A stretch of 64,000 nt of DNA from Mobula hypostoma (GCF_963921235.1 NC_086104.1:81778001-81842000), one strand, 5' to 3'. Numbered from the stretch's first letter, positions 13,882 through 27,890 are shown. Notes: generated by a model from the sequence alone, not told the origin. Program-made: numbers and translations.

Positions 13882-15616
13882 ACCCAAGGATGTGCTGGGG
13901 GGCACCTGTAAATGTTGCCTCACATTCTAGCACTAACATAGCATGCCCACAATGCTTAGCAGAACAGAGAGCATGGTAAAGCAGAACAGAGAGCACAGTA
14001 AAACAGAACATACCACGCAGCAAAGCAACAACAGCAAAACAAGCCCTGTTTCTCCCTCCCACCCACCTACTCACGTGCACAGTCCTCTAAACCCAGGACA
14101 GGCTGCTTTCAGTCGCCAGCCTCCAGTGGACACATGGAATTGTAGACACAGGGTCCCAACTTCCTCGTGTAAACTGTAGGGATGGAGTCAGTTCCTGGCC
14201 TTGAAAAAATAGCCAACCATTTCCAAGACACAGTCAGAGATGCTAAAATATATCCTTATGATGTCAAAACTCTATTTGCTGGGACAGAGAGTCACAATGA
14301 CCTCGCATCTACCCGGCAAAGTGGAAGGTGTCACTGATCTTATGAAATGTAACCAGGAGCTATAAGATTTATAACCATGGTACAGACTGGGATGACTGTG
14401 AACTGTTTGGAGGTTCTAATTGTGACTTCAGCAGATGACCAGGTGTTGGAAATCCAGGCAAAGTGCAAATGCTGAAACCTTCTGCCTTGTTCAAGTTGAA
14501 GAATGAAAATAGGTCCCAGAAGATCTTCAAAGGGGTATGCAGACTTAGGAACTAGAACCAGCTTCTGAGCATTACACTTTTCAATGGAAGTTACTGATCA
14601 TTAATCTAAAGCTGGTACTATAACTGATTTTTATATGCTTTTATCTAGCAATAGTATCTACTGTAAATCTTTCACACCTGCTTCTGAAGAACTTATTAAT
14701 CAAAAACATACCAGAAAGCTTAAGTATAGGAGAAAAGAATGTCCAATATAAAAAGTGTGCCAAATGCCAAGAAGATCAGCAAGTCATCAACCACAACAGA
14801 AGCAAGGAATTAAAATAAAATTCAAACTTCAACAAGCTATACTTAGAAAAATTAATCAACAGAGAAGGAGTACCTTCAAAGAGAAACCCCAATCAAAGTA
14901 CTTGCCCAATAAAACATGACAGGAAATTTGGAACATCAAAGAATTTATAGTTAGTTTTAAGCCCCTTAATAACCAAGTATTAATACTTAATGTCCTCCAG
15001 AAAAGGCTAAAGGTTTTTTTAATGGCAAATTACACACAAGCCTATTTTCATGTTATAAATAGGCATTAACGCTATTCCCTTCTGCTCTCTAGAATGCACA
15101 CAATGACAAGGCAAGTTGCAATGGGCACCAATAAGAATGCCTAGATGGGCATTTTTCATGACTGTCATTGTTATTCAAGCATAGAATGCACAACACACCA
15201 GTTCATTCTAAAAGAGCCTTTTTTCAATAAGGAACAATTGAAAGTAGCTGGAAACATGAAGCCTTACTGGCTCTTCCAATGGTATTCAAGTAATTATAAC
15301 ACCTCTGCTTGAGCTGAGGTCAGGCAAAGGGTGGTGAAGGGAGATGTATTTTAACATCAGGAAGGGCTCTAAACAGGTGTAAGAGAAAAGCTGCCTCTCC
15401 AAAACGAAAAGAAAGGGTGGCATTATAACAGATGGACAAGCCAATGTTGTACCATCTGTCAAAGTTAAATTTTATTCTCCCATCTAAATATATAAAATAA
15501 TCATGACAGAAATCTGCTGTGTTATCTTCCTTTTAATGTGGTTCAGTTTTGCAAAATGACACAGCAACAGAGAGAGGCTTACTTAATGATTTAAGGTATT
15601 GCCAAGTCACAATAAA

Positions 15617-16560
15617 TTCAAGTTCAACTGGCATTCAACCACACGAATACCCATGAAAACAGGCAAATTAACCAGTATTACTCCAGGGCCAAACATTGTA
15701 CCAACAGTCAGACACAGCACAAGGCACATATAGCACATAAGATTCAAGATTCAAATATTCAAAAAACTTTATTGTCATTCTAACCATACATCAGCTCTGC
15801 AGGGTAGAATGAGACAGCGTTTCTCAGGAGCAGCGCAATCATAACATAACAAACGCAACACTAAATAATAAACATAACAATAAATAGTAAAACACAACAG
15901 CCACATGTCAGTTAAAATCAAGTTATAAGTGTCCAGTGCAAGTTAAAAGTGTCCAAAGCAGAGTCAGCAGAGCAGAACATCCAAAGAAATACAGTCACAC
16001 AAAAAACATGTAGTCCAAGTCCCTGAGTCCATGAGTGTTGCAGCAGTCTGCAGTCGAACACAATACAGCCTGTCTTCTGTTGAGTGAACACTGGGGGCAG
16101 CGTTGACTCCAGTATGGACATGGCTCCACACTGCCTCTGGTACTCTGATGAAGCGCTCAAGACTGATGCCATCCCCTGGATGACTGCAAACAAATGACAC
16201 CACCGTTTACAGCCAGGCCCTCACTGCAACTGAGGCCACGTAACTCCTCCACCTTCCATCCCACTAAACCATTGAGTTGGACCTGCAATATTCCGTACCA
16301 TGAATGTCCAACAGGGTCTTGCGACCACAAAAAGTGACTAAGGTGATCACTCACTGTTACGCTGCACACTTCCTTCACACATCGATGCCTCTCTGTCACA
16401 GGCAGCAACGTGGTCCGCACCAAGTCCAGCTCCTTCAGTTTCTCTACCAATGAGCAACTCGCTAACGGGGTCGACCTGAGGTACTTTAAGCTCTTGATGT
16501 CCAGTAAGGTCTTGGATCTGAAAAGAAATTTGAGAGACAATAACAAAAGACATACGAAAA
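15617..16560 (-). mobile_element. Non-autonomous retroposon family B copy (interrupted)
   Basis: Same blocks and tail as 908-1615; carries a nested LINE 3' end at about 15739-15967. Confidence 0.7.
15739..15967 (-). mobile_element. Rex1-type LINE 3'-end fragment nested in family B copy
   Basis: + strand GATTCAAGATTCAA...TTTATTGTCA is a minus-strand poly(A) signal plus short tandem tail. Confidence 0.6.
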
Positions 16561-17310
16561 ATGATGGATGCAGCCCAATCCATTACAAGAAAAGCCCTCC
16601 CCACCATTGAGCGCATTTATAAGGTGTGCTGTCACAAGAAAGCAGCATCAATCATTAAGGCCCCAAACTATCCAGGCCATGCTCTCTTCTCACGGCTGGG
16701 AAGGAGCTACAGGAGCCTCAGGTCCCACACCACCAGGTTCAGGAACAGTTATTACCCCTCAACCATCAGGCTCCTGAACCAACATAAATAACTTCACGCA
16801 CTTCAACTTGAAACTGATTCCACAACCTATGGACTCGTTTCCAATGACCCTACAATTCGTATTCTCAGTACTATTCAGTTACTTATTAATTAATTATTAT
16901 TAGTTTCTTTTGTATTTGCATGGCTTGTCTTCCTGTGCATATTGGTTGTTTATCAGTCTTTGTGTGAGATTTTTCATTGATTTTATTGTATGTCTTTGTT
17001 CTGCTTGTTAAGAGGTGGTGGACTGCAGAAATTGTTATTGGAAAGGCTGATAGAAGGAAAGAGGGAAAGAGGAAGGCAGCGAACCACTTGGTATGATAAT
17101 ATGAGGCAATGGACTGGGTTGAGTTATGCTGAGGCCAGAAAAAGAGCGCAAGATCGAAGAAGATGGAGGTGCATAGCCGCCAACTCCAGATTCGGGACAG
17201 CACGCACTGACTATTCTGCTGTGAATACCTGCAAGAAAATGAATTTCAGGGTAGGATATAGTGACATATACATATGTACTTTGATAATAAATTCACTTTG
17301 AACTTTGAAC
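16560..17310 (+). mobile_element. Rex1/Babar LINE 3' fragment
   Basis: CCHKKAASIIKAPNYPGHALFS...RFRNSYYPSTIRLLN; tail ACTTTGAACTTTGAAC. Confidence 0.85.
17006..17213 (+). mobile_element. RTE LINE 3' fragment nested in a Rex1 3' UTR
   Basis: LLERLIEGKRERGRQRTTWYDNM...AQDRRRWR; TSD TTCTGCT at 16999-17005 and 17214-17220. Confidence 0.82.
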
Positions 17311-18632
17311 AATCTAAAGCTGGCCTAACTTGTACAGAACTTTCATATTCTTCTCGAACCTGTACTGGCATTTTTTCTGCACCTGGTCAGTTGCCAGGAT
17401 TATCTTGCAAGGAAAGAGAATGGTTTACTTAGGGCAGAAGAGGTAGTGTAGAGGAGACAGACATCTTGAGGATAGCTCGACATTCTAATAAAATTTACAA
17501 CCAAACAAGATGCCTAGACACAGAACTTTAGAATTTTTTTTATAACCAGCATAGTCAGAATCGTTCCCATAACCTCTCTCCACATTCTACCACTGAGCAC
17601 CATATTAGTGACAATTTCAAATGACCTCTTAACCTATCAGCTTGCATTTCTTTGAGATGTGGCAATGCCCTGGCCTGCAATAGATCCTGTTTACTGGAAC
17701 TATGAGACTGTACCTCTACTATCTACTTTAGTGTTCCAGCTAAGAGCCATAGGCAAGCAAATATGGTTGATGAAGTCTTCCTAGAAAGTCAATATTTTCG
17801 ATAAGGTTGCAGATAAAGTGTGCAGGAACAAATCTAGCTATCGGCACAAGTTCAAGATGGAGTTGGCCCATTGAAGAAGCTATCTTAATGAGGCTATCAA
17901 GGTCATAGTTGGAGCTTAAGGATCAAACATAGTGACAGGAGAACTTTCAGTTGAACCAGAAGAGCGGAAGAGGATTAGAAAGTAGGATTTGCTGGCAAGA
18001 GACAAGAAAGGAATAATAGCTCGAGGGATGGTAAGGTATTGTTTCACTCCTTTCTAGTCATTTATAGAAGAAATTAAATTAGTTTAGTATGATTCAATTA
18101 TCAAAGCACCTAGTGCTATTAACAGAGCTTTAACAGGAGTTGTTGCATAGAATTGCCATGGAAGGCATTGGGTCCTATCTACTAGGCTTCATTGATGTTT
18201 TATGCACAGGCTGCCATTGCCAATGGAGGGAAAAGCTGCTGTTTATGCCCCATGAAGATTAGGTGACGTAGACTGCCCACCAGCATTTCAGCAAGGTTTT
18301 GGGATGAAAGAGGGAATTAGGAAGGTTTGAAATTTGCATAAGCCATTGGGGCAAGACTGAGATGGTAGAGACACAGCTTCTCCTCATGAGGTAAATGAAG
18401 CACTCTTGCACTCCAATCTTTGTAAGGTTATGTTTGATAAAAAAAAAGGTTATACTGTTTGGATCTATCACAGTGGACCCATTAAAATAAAAACATCCTT
18501 TCTGTCCTTTCTGACACAGAAAACCATAACTTGAATACAATTACATGGTGAGCAGAAATGGATTTAAATTCTTTAGCAGCACTGCAGTATTTACAAATAT
18601 ACTACAATGAATTTTGGTCAAATGCATTTTGC

Positions 18633-19295
18633 TTAGATTATGAGAACTCTTTTATTGTCATTTAGAAATGCATACATGCATTAAGAAATGATACAATGTT
18701 TCTCCGGAGTGACATCACAGAAAACAGACAGACCAAAGACTAACACTGACAGAACCACATAATTATAACATATAGTTACAGCAGTGCAAAGCAATACCAT
18801 AATTTGATAAGGAACAGACCATGGGCACAGTAAAAAAAAAGTCTCAAAAGTCCCCGAGTCCCCGATAGCAGGTGGCAAAAGGGAGAAACTCCCTGACATA
18901 AACCTCCAGGCACCGTCAACTTGCCGATACCTTGGAAGCAGCCGACCCCAGCTGACACTGAGTCCATCCGTCCGAAGACTCCGAGTTTTCGACCAGCCTC
19001 TCCGATACAGCCTCCCGAGCGCCATCCTCTGCCGAGCGCCTTTGGCCTCTCCCCGGCCGCTGAAACACGCAAAGCCGAGGACTTCGGGGCCTTCAGCTCC
19101 GGAGATCCAGTTACCACACAGTAGCAGCGGCAGCGAAGCGGGCATTTCAGAAGTTTTCTAGATGTTCCGCTGTGCTCTCACGTCCATCTCCATCAAATCA
19201 GAATTGTGTACGGTCCCCTACTTGACAGATAACAGATATTCATCACCGAAGTGGCTGCGCACGCTGTCGTCGCGCTGCCATCTTCTCCCCCCTCC
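18633..19295 (-). mobile_element. Non-autonomous retroposon family A copy
   Basis: Minus strand starts GGAGAAGATGGCAGCG, CpG-rich 5' part, ends TGACAATAAAAGAG...(TCTAA)n. Confidence 0.88.
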
Positions 19296-19919
19296 TGGGA
19301 GGATTTGTACCTCATTTATGGCTTAAGCACTGAAGGATGTTTTATGAGATCATGAACACTATATTAAGTGTTCTCCTTGTTGATTTCCAAGTATAAACTA
19401 TTTTATTTTAATTCATTATAGGTACTCTTCCTTATATTTGAAAAGTCCTCCATCCGTTTACCAGCAAAGAATTTCCTATTACCCAACAACTAAAAGGCTT
19501 ACACCAATACCTAGATAAATGTATGTGTTCGTGTATATTATTCATAAATCTCATTGATGATTGATGTGTAACAAGAGATCTTTATGGAGTTCTGCTGCTG
19601 TTAGTTTATGAATACTTATGCATTGCAGCTGAATCATTACAATAGGGTGAAAGTTTGCCAAGACATTCTTTCACATGCTTAAATTTGGATGTCTTCAGAT
19701 GCAGATTAGAGCAACCAATCTGCAAGCCTTTATTCTGCAGCCAGTGTAATCATTCATCTGACAATCGCACACTGTTTTTAAACAAATTTCCTTTTCACAC
19801 CAATATATTTTGACACCCAAATCCTAACTTTAAAAGGAAAATTATTTGGAATGGTCACTGACCCTAAAGATGAACTGACTTCCTCAAGCAAATGTTCTTG
19901 ATGTTTGCACAGATATTCA

Positions 19920-20312
19920 GTGAATTTAGAAGAATAAAGGGGATCTCACCGAAACCTATTAGATGTTGAAAGGCCTAGATAGAGTGGATGTAAAGGATGC
20001 TTCCTATATTGGGGGAGTCTGGGACCAGAGGACACAGCCTCAGAATAGAAGGGTATTCCCTTAGACAGAGATAAGGAGAAACTCCTATGGTCAGAGGGTG
20101 TAGAATTTGTGGACTTCATTGCCACAGACAGCTATGGAGGCCAGATCATTCTCTATATTTAAAGCAAAGGTTAATAGGTTCTTGATTAGCAAAGGTGTCA
20201 AAGGTTACAGGGAGAAGACAAGAGAATGGGGTTGAGAGGGATAATATATCAGACATGATGGTATGGTGGAGAAGATCAATGGGCCGAGTAGCCTGATTCA
20301 AATCCTATCTCT
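19920..20312 (+). mobile_element. CR1 LINE 3' fragment
   Basis: EFRRIKGDLTETY.MLKGLDRVDV...TRGHSLRI and CR1 3' UTR. Confidence 0.82.
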
Positions 20313-22478
20313 TAGCTTGCACAGATATTTATGGTCTTATGCATTTTCCCATCCTGTAATTTAGTCTGATACAAAAGTGCATACAGAGCCTTGGTTCCTT
20401 AGGACCCTACTGCACCACCACTACAATCTGCTCCTGGTCCCTTGTTATTCACAGATCAGCTCATGCACCCTGCCCAGATTATGCCTCAAACCTTCAGAGT
20501 GGCCATAACTCTGTTGCCTCTTGTTGTGGAAACCTAACATGATTGAAGCAGTTCCCACTCGAACAATAAGGATAGACAGAGGGGACTCACCTCTTCTTCA
20601 GTGCCAAAGCCTCTCCATTGTGTGCTTTAATAAATGACAGCAATAGCTTAGAGCAAATAACATAATTAGCGTAGACTTAGGCAAAATGATCTCCCCTCCA
20701 GCAATACTGACCAACAATGTCTTTTGTTAATACTCAGTCGACAACATGGAAGGTTGTTGCTGATAAAAGTCCAGCTGGGAGACAGAGCCTCATTAGAAGG
20801 GTAACAAGTCACAGAGCTATTGAGGGTCAGCAGCTCGCTCCCCATGTCAAAATCCAGAACCTTGAAGAACAAGACAATTGAGGAACATCTGTGAGAAATG
20901 GAAAGGAATGGTGGGGGATGGGTGGGGCATTCCGTGGAAGGTTCTGGGTGCCAATGCAGAATAAATAAGAAGCGGCCATTTGCCCTTTAACCACCATTCA
21001 AATGATTCCATGTGAAATTTGTCTCCAGTCTAATGAAGAATTCAGGCAACTGCCTTTATTGGAAGTAGCTCAAATAAAACTTGTCATTGTTGGTCAATAC
21101 CTGTGTACGTTTTCCCAGAGCAAAGACATAAGGCAGTGAGTTCAGCCTCAGTCACCTATGGGCATGAACAATGATTGCTTAATGGCCCTTTGACTCAAAT
21201 GAAAGCACAATACTGTTGAGAACAACAAACACAGTATCAGCATATTTATTCCTCTGTTCCACAGATGGCAAAGGTCAAGTGGCTCTAAAAGGTAGTGATC
21301 TAAGAAGAATGAACAGATGCAGTTCTCACTGAAGGTATAAGGAAATCATAACTACAGGGCAATGCTCTTGATTAAGATGACACAAGGGTAGGTTTCCTTG
21401 AGTTCGCCTGAGCACTAAATGCAGGTTTTGTATCCATCCAAACATTACACAACTTTAGACTGATATTAATTGCATGCACTTAAAGTGTAATCTGTTGATT
21501 CTTAGGTACTTAGGGATTTGGGTGTAGGATATCAGCAAGGCCAAACTAATTGAAATGTTGCAGGGGCTTTATAAGAGGAAGAAAATTAATTACATTAAGT
21601 AGCTTCTCCAGAGAAGGATACCCAGTTTTATTGCCACAGGGAGAAAATTGTAAAAACACTTTATTGTGAACTCTTGCCAAACATGCTTTACACTGCAAAT
21701 CTTTCTGAAAAACAAAGCACATAAACTGTTGAATATCAAAAATATAGTCTCAAGTGAAAAAACTGCAAATGTTGGATCTGACATAAAGATAAAAGTGCTG
21801 GAAACATTGACTAGGTCAGGTCCTGCAGGAATACAAATACAACTACTGTTTCAGAAGGATTTTACATCAGAATCTGAAACATTAACTCTGTTTCTCTCCC
21901 CACAGAGGCTACTGGCCCTGCTGACTATGTCCAACATTTTGTATTTCATTTCAGAATTGGACTCCTTGGAAACTTAGGACATGGACGGAATGTGCCAAGA
22001 CGGTTGTAAAACCTTTAACACTTATTCAGCCTCTGAAGTTGAAACATTATTGTCTAGCAGCCCACTAGTAACATATTAACATGGGAATTTTATTCTCATT
22101 GATTGAAGAACAGAAGAAAAGAAAATTTACATCTAGGTAGTTCTACAATCTTATGACTGAGTTTATTTAAAGAGCATTCCTTAAGTTTTAACAAAGGAAA
22201 TATCATTAGGCCCTTGCAAGGAAAACAGTAAACACTAAACATATAAAATTAAATATTTGTCTACTTAGTTTCATCTTCATAATGTTGCTCAGTTAACAAG
22301 CAACTGTAAATTGCCTCTACTGTAGGCAGGTCAAAGGAAAATGGGTGAAGGAAGTTAATGGGCTTGTAACAGAAAAACTGACTGGGAAATAGATGGATGA
22401 AGGAGACTGATGGAATTGCTCTGTTGGCTGACAAGGACTCGATGAGCCAAATGGCCTCCTTCTGTGTCATAATGAAAT

Positions 22479-23047
22479 ATATTTAGTGACCATTTTATTA
22501 AGTGTCTCCTGTTCCTAATAAAGTGGCCACTGAGTAGATGCTTGTGGTCTTCTGCTGCTGTAGCCCATCCACTTCAAGGTTCAATATGTTGTGCATTCAG
22601 AAATACTGTTCTGCACACCACTGTTGTAACTCATTGGTATTTGAGATACTATCGCCTTCCTGTCAGTTTCAACCAGTCTGGCCATACTCCCCCTGACCTC
22701 TCTCATTAACAAGGCAGTTTTGCCCACAGAACCGCCACACATTGGATTTTTTTTTTTGTTTTCTGCATGATTCTCTATAAACTTCAGAGACTGTTGTGTG
22801 TGAAAATCCTTGGAGGCCAGCAGTTTCAGAGAAACTTGAATCACCCCATCTGGCACCAAAAATCATTCCACGATCAAAGTTAGATCACATTTCTTCCCCA
22901 TTCTGATGTTTGGACTGAACAACAGCTCAACCTCTCGGCCATGTCTGCATGCTTTTATGCATTAAGTTGTTATGATTGGCTGATTAGATATTTTCATTAC
23001 CGAGCAGGTGTACAAGTATACCTAATGAAGTGGCCACTGAGGGTGTA
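22479..23047 (-). mobile_element. Tc1/mariner internal-deletion derivative
   Basis: GARWGDSSFSETAGLQGFSHTTVSEVYRE resembles the Tc1 transposase N-terminal HTH; terminal CCTAAT(A/G)AAGTGGCCACTGAG motifs with a decayed inverted copy at the left end. Confidence 0.8.
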
Positions 23048-23689
23048 AGAAGGCAGTATCAATAATAAATGAACAAAAGGTAAAATGAGGAAGCCTGGCT
23101 AATTAACTACATTTTTTCAGTCATATTCTTTCTCTTAAGAAATGTCATCTGGAATTCCAGCTACATCAAATATCAGAATGTCATTAATCATGAAAATCAC
23201 TATTGCTCTTTTTTATAGGTCTCCTGCTACTCTATTAAATTTAACACATAACCAACATTTCAAAGTAATAGTTTTGCTAATTAGTAAGACAAATCCATAA
23301 CGTTGAAAATCCTGGGTTGATAGACCAATGAGATATGCATGCACCAATGTCATCAGCAAGGACTGAACTGAATTTTTACAGCTGTAAGCTCAATCCAGAG
23401 AGCTTGACTACTGCATAGTTAAATGGGACTGCAGAATCTGGCAAAGGAGCGACTCTTACTTGTCATAAGTTTGTCCATTAATTCCACCACCCCTCCCTGC
23501 AGCAACCCACCAACACCAGTGACCAGATATTCAAGCTCGTGGATTTACTGTCTAAGGTTTTCATTAGCAGTGCTTGATTGTAAGGATGGACAAAATGGAC
23601 ATAAACAAAATAGCATTGCTTTTGATAAAATATTTTTTAAAACTCTTAAAATAATGGGTACTGCAGGCAAGGTCAGTACTTATAAATGT

Positions 23690-24560
23690 ATCATCAAATG
23701 CCCCTCAGAAGATAGTGGTGATTCACCTTAATGCCCTTCTAGTTATTCTGTTGAAGTTGGGGATGAAGAACCAATGACATTGAAGGATCAGTAATACACT
23801 AAAAAGCCGGGATGTGTGTAAATCAGAGTAGATTGTGCGGATTATGATACTCCAGTGGGTTTGGTCCCCTTGTCCTTCTTAGTGGTAGAGATGGGGGAGG
23901 TGTTCTTTTGAAGTAAACTAAATTAGAAACTGGAATACATTCTGTACAAGGTAAAACAGTGTGCTATAGTGTGCTGGCGATGAAAGAAAAAAAATGTTCA
24001 GATGTTGCATTAGGAGATTATGGACTGAAGCAGCATTGCCCCGCATTGCGTCAGGGTGACGCTTATAGAGTGTAGAGTGTTGTTTGATCTGCATTGACTC
24101 CAGGCAACTGAAGAGTATTCCATCAAACTGCTGAATTGCCTTGCAGATGCTGGAAAAGTATGGAGTGTCAAACGATGAGATACACTTGCCACATGGTACC
24201 AAGCTTTTGTGGCTGGTCCAGTAGAGTTCCTGGTCAATATTCACCACCAGCCAGAATGTTGATGGTTGGAGATTCAACCATGCTCATGTCACTGAAAATG
24301 TAAGCTAGACGGGCACTCTTTCTCTTGTTGGGGATGGTCATGTGCCAGGCTGTTGTCTGTATCAAGACATAACTGCTTCATTTGATGAGGAATGATGAGT
24401 GAAATTGAACACTGCACAATCATTAGTGATTGTCCTGACCTGTGGTGACAGGAAAGTGAGGCAAAGCAGCTGGACATGGTTGAGTCTAAAACACCATTTT
24501 GAGGACTACCAAGGCAATAATCTATGGATCGGATAATTTATCTTTAACAGCCAATATATT
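23690..24560 (-). mobile_element. Ancient L2/CR1-group LINE remnant
   Basis: SLMEYSSVAWS resembles the conserved (R)SxMEYSxxxW C-terminal RT segment; a related remnant is likely at ~10860-11250. Confidence 0.45.
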
Positions 24561-24640
24561 GACCAAGAAGAATAAATATTAACTTTATTTGTCATATATA
24601 CATCAAAGCATACAGTGAAATGTGTCATTTGCATTTCACT

Positions 24641-25470
24641 GACGGAGACAGAGGCAGAGTGATGATGGTGCTAAACAGCGACTCCTTTGCTTGCATCTTC
24701 GGAAATAGCTCTACTTCCATCTTTAATATCTTTATTTTTCCCTTTCAGGGTTCTTTTGAAGACCCTGACCTGGAGTTACACGCTGACTTTGGTTCTTTAG
24801 AGGAATGGGACCCATTCTCGGGGTTTCAGGACCGGCTGTTGTTCGGCACACCAAGGGGACGGCCTGAGAGGCGGCCTAGTGTTGGAAGCCAAAGATCTCA
24901 GGGCTCTGGAGATGTGCGGATCGAGGGTTGGTGTCATGGCAAGAGACTCATGTGTCGTTGGGGAGGCTGGAAAATCTGCACTGTGGGCCTGAAGACCCGA
25001 GATTTTTGCAATCTTAGGGCACAGAACTCGTAAAAAGCAACAAAACGGATTTTTTAACATCGTAAACCAGTGGGTTGTTGTTATGTCTCCTGCTCGCTGT
25101 GAAAATGGGGGACACCTCCCTCTCTCTTATTAGGGTGAGAGAGAACCTGTGGGTTGTCAAATGCCAGACAAATTGTGATAGTCTTTGGGGTAACTATAAG
25201 GTCTGTTACTTTGCTATCACTTAGTTCATGTTTGTGCTCAGTAGAAGGTGCGCTTTTTGTTTTGCTGGTGGGGGGAGGGGGGATTGTTGCTCGCCGCGCC
25301 TTACGCACAGGAGCGGGGAGCTGGGGAGATGACTGGGGTTCTCACATTTAACTGTTGTTCATTCTTTGGGGCACTTCTCCGTTTTCATGGATGTTTGAGA
25401 AGAAAAAGCATTTCAGGATGTATAGTGTATACATTTCCCTGATATTAAATTGAACCTTTGAACCTTTGAA
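24641..25470 (+). mobile_element. Non-autonomous retroposon family C, inserted into a SINE
   Basis: Starts near GGCAGAGTGATGATGGTGC, ends ATTAAATTGAACCTTTGAACCTTTGAA. Splits a SINE whose two parts lie at ~24575-24635 and 25471-25715. A 3' fragment recurs at 51980-52127. Confidence 0.7.
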
Positions 25471-25715
25471 ATCAAATCAGTGAGGATTGTACGGGGGCAG
25501 CCCAGAAGTGTCGCCATGCTTCTGGCACCAACATAACATGCACACAATATACTAACCCTTAATGCATGGGAGGAAACCAGAACACCCAGAGGAAACCCAC
25601 ATGGTCACGAGGAGAAGATACAAACTCCTTACAGACAACGATGAGAATCAAATCCCGATCAGTGATCACTGGCACTGTAAAGCAATTGCACTAGCCAGTA
25701 CACTACCTACTGTGC
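25471..25715 (-). mobile_element. V-SINE-type element, split by the family C insertion (3' part at ~24575-24635)
   Basis: GGGAGGAAACCAGAACACCCAGAGGAAACCCACATGGTCAC core. Confidence 0.75.
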
Positions 25716-26294
25716 CGTAGAAGAAAGGAATAAAATGCTGTCTAGTTATTCAAATAGAAGAGTAAAGGTCATGTGACTTCTAAAAAGGAGCTGCAGGATT
25801 TTTCCTGGTTGTCTTCAATCATTGGGAGTCCTCGACCCCCAGTTCAGTGGTTTACCTTGCACTTAAGGACAAGTTTCACTCATTGCACAGGACTTGCTCA
25901 CAAAGGTGGGGCCCCAAGGGATTTAAATCCACAGTGAAATATTTTACCACATCTGTGTATACCTGGATCTCCGCAAGCAGTGGAGTGGGACGACCTTCCC
26001 ATCCCCAACCCATTGAGACAATAGGCAACAATATCTTATAGGCTCGTTCAGCCAACATGCAAGTGGATTTGTTTCTAAATTGCCTTAGAAATAATTCTAG
26101 AGTGGGTGTCAGAGTCAATGTTAATTTTTCTCAGAACACTAATGTGCTTCTCAGTAATTTCTGATGAGCGTGAAATTTGAGCAGATTGCTTAGTGAGGAG
26201 TTCAGAAATGTAAATTACAGAGCGATACCATGCCCCCAAGGGGGCGTTTGCCTTTGTGAAGGCATGTGGGAGAACCTTAAAAAGCTTCCATGAC

Positions 26295-26960
26295 AAAAAG
26301 GCTCAGCAGAGGATGTACTTCTTAGACAGGTGGTAAAATTTACAGAACATACTTGTGCAATTCAACATTCACCATAGAGAGCATCATCACATCAGCCATT
26401 ACTGTCTGGTTTGATGCAACATCCTCTCACAATATATGAAAACTACAGCAAACTGTCAGGTCAGCAGAAAAAGTCATTAACTGCAGTCCATCATCACTGA
26501 AGGACGTATGTGTCAAGGCAAAGAAGTGTGCAGGAAAAATCAGTGCAGACACTATCCACCCTGCGAACTGCCTTTTCCAAAAGCTCCCTTATGGAAAGGG
26601 CTATGGGGCTATTAAAACAAAAACTTCACACCACCTTAAAAGTTCCTTCCACCAGGCAGTTAAACTGATCAACCATTCTAGTTATCCCCCCACCACCATC
26701 TCTGCCTATGTCTATTACCCCGCATCACTGCATACAATGTAAATGCTTGAAATCACATTTTATAATGTTGTTTACATTGTAAATACATGCTGATATTTAT
26801 GTATTTATGCACATTTTATTCCTTATCTGTACTATAACCTCTAACTTTATTTGATATAGTTCTTTATAATTGTTGAAAGTGGTTTTTTTTTCTTGCATAT
26901 CACACCCTGACCAACACACCACAGTTATACATGTTAATGTATATGGCAAATAAAGCTGGT
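26295..26960 (+). mobile_element. Rex1/Babar LINE 3' fragment
   Basis: Decayed KAQQRMYFLR...IESIITSAITVWF and HPANCLFQKLP.G segments followed by a 3' UTR. Confidence 0.75.
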
Positions 26961-27604
26961 CTCTCTCCCTCTCCCTCCCTACCTCTCCCTCCCTCCTAGA
27001 ACTTTCAGCACTACAGCAGCAGTTCTTTACAGACTGTTGCTCCTGGAAATCCTACCCAATTTAACAACTATTTAGATAATCTGACCTTTCATTATCAACG
27101 GGAGTCAATTCAAGTCATAAGCCTATAGTGACTAAGGTTCAATTCTGTTTAGTTATAAGATTACAAAACTTTGCTGGATTTTCATCAGTGTTAGAGGCAC
27201 TAAAATATGCAACTGATCAATCCAACGGAATTTCAGCTCAGAGAGTCAGGATGGTCTGGATAGGGCCAATGGCCTCCATCTGTGCTGCGTTCTTTCTTTG
27301 TTTCTATAATCCATAATCAGTGAAAACAATTTATTTTCTATTCAGCCGCAATATTTAAGGAGCAACACAGTTTACTAGAAAGTCCTTCGGAGCCCAGACT
27401 TTGGACAAGGCTACTTTATTTCCTTCCACAGACATCTGGCTACGATCACTCCTGAAGTCACCCAAGTATATACCTTGTCAAATTTGATGAGGCATCAACA
27501 GATACGATACAGTTAGCCTACATTTGATTCAATCTCTGGACTCATTATAAAGTTACCATTTTAAGTAATACGATTAGTTTACCACTAATTAATTTATTTT
27601 GCTT

Positions 27605-27890
27605 TATTTAGAGATACAGCTGGAAAATGCCCTTCCGTACCAACAAGCCATACTGCCCAGCAACCCACCTACTTAAACCTAGTCTAACCACAGTACCATT
27701 TACAATAACCATTTAACCTACTAACCGGTACATCTTTGGACTGTGGGAGGAAACCAGAGCACCTGGAGGAAACCCACGCAGTCACAGGGAGAACGTACAA
27801 GCCCCTTACAGACGGTCCTGGAATTGATCTCTGATCTCCGAACCCCAGAACAGTAAAAGCATCACGTCAACCACTAGAGTACAGTGGTAC
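27605..27890 (-). mobile_element. V-SINE (HE1-like)
   Basis: Reverse of the V-domain core: TCTTTGGACTGTGGGAGGAAACCAGAGCACCTGGAGGAAACCCACGCA. Confidence 0.82.

Noticed and set aside
18681-19145. ORFs of 85-154 aa in family A copies as a conserved protein
   Set aside because: Frames and lengths differ among the three copies; consistent with chance ORFs in GC-rich non-coding sequence.
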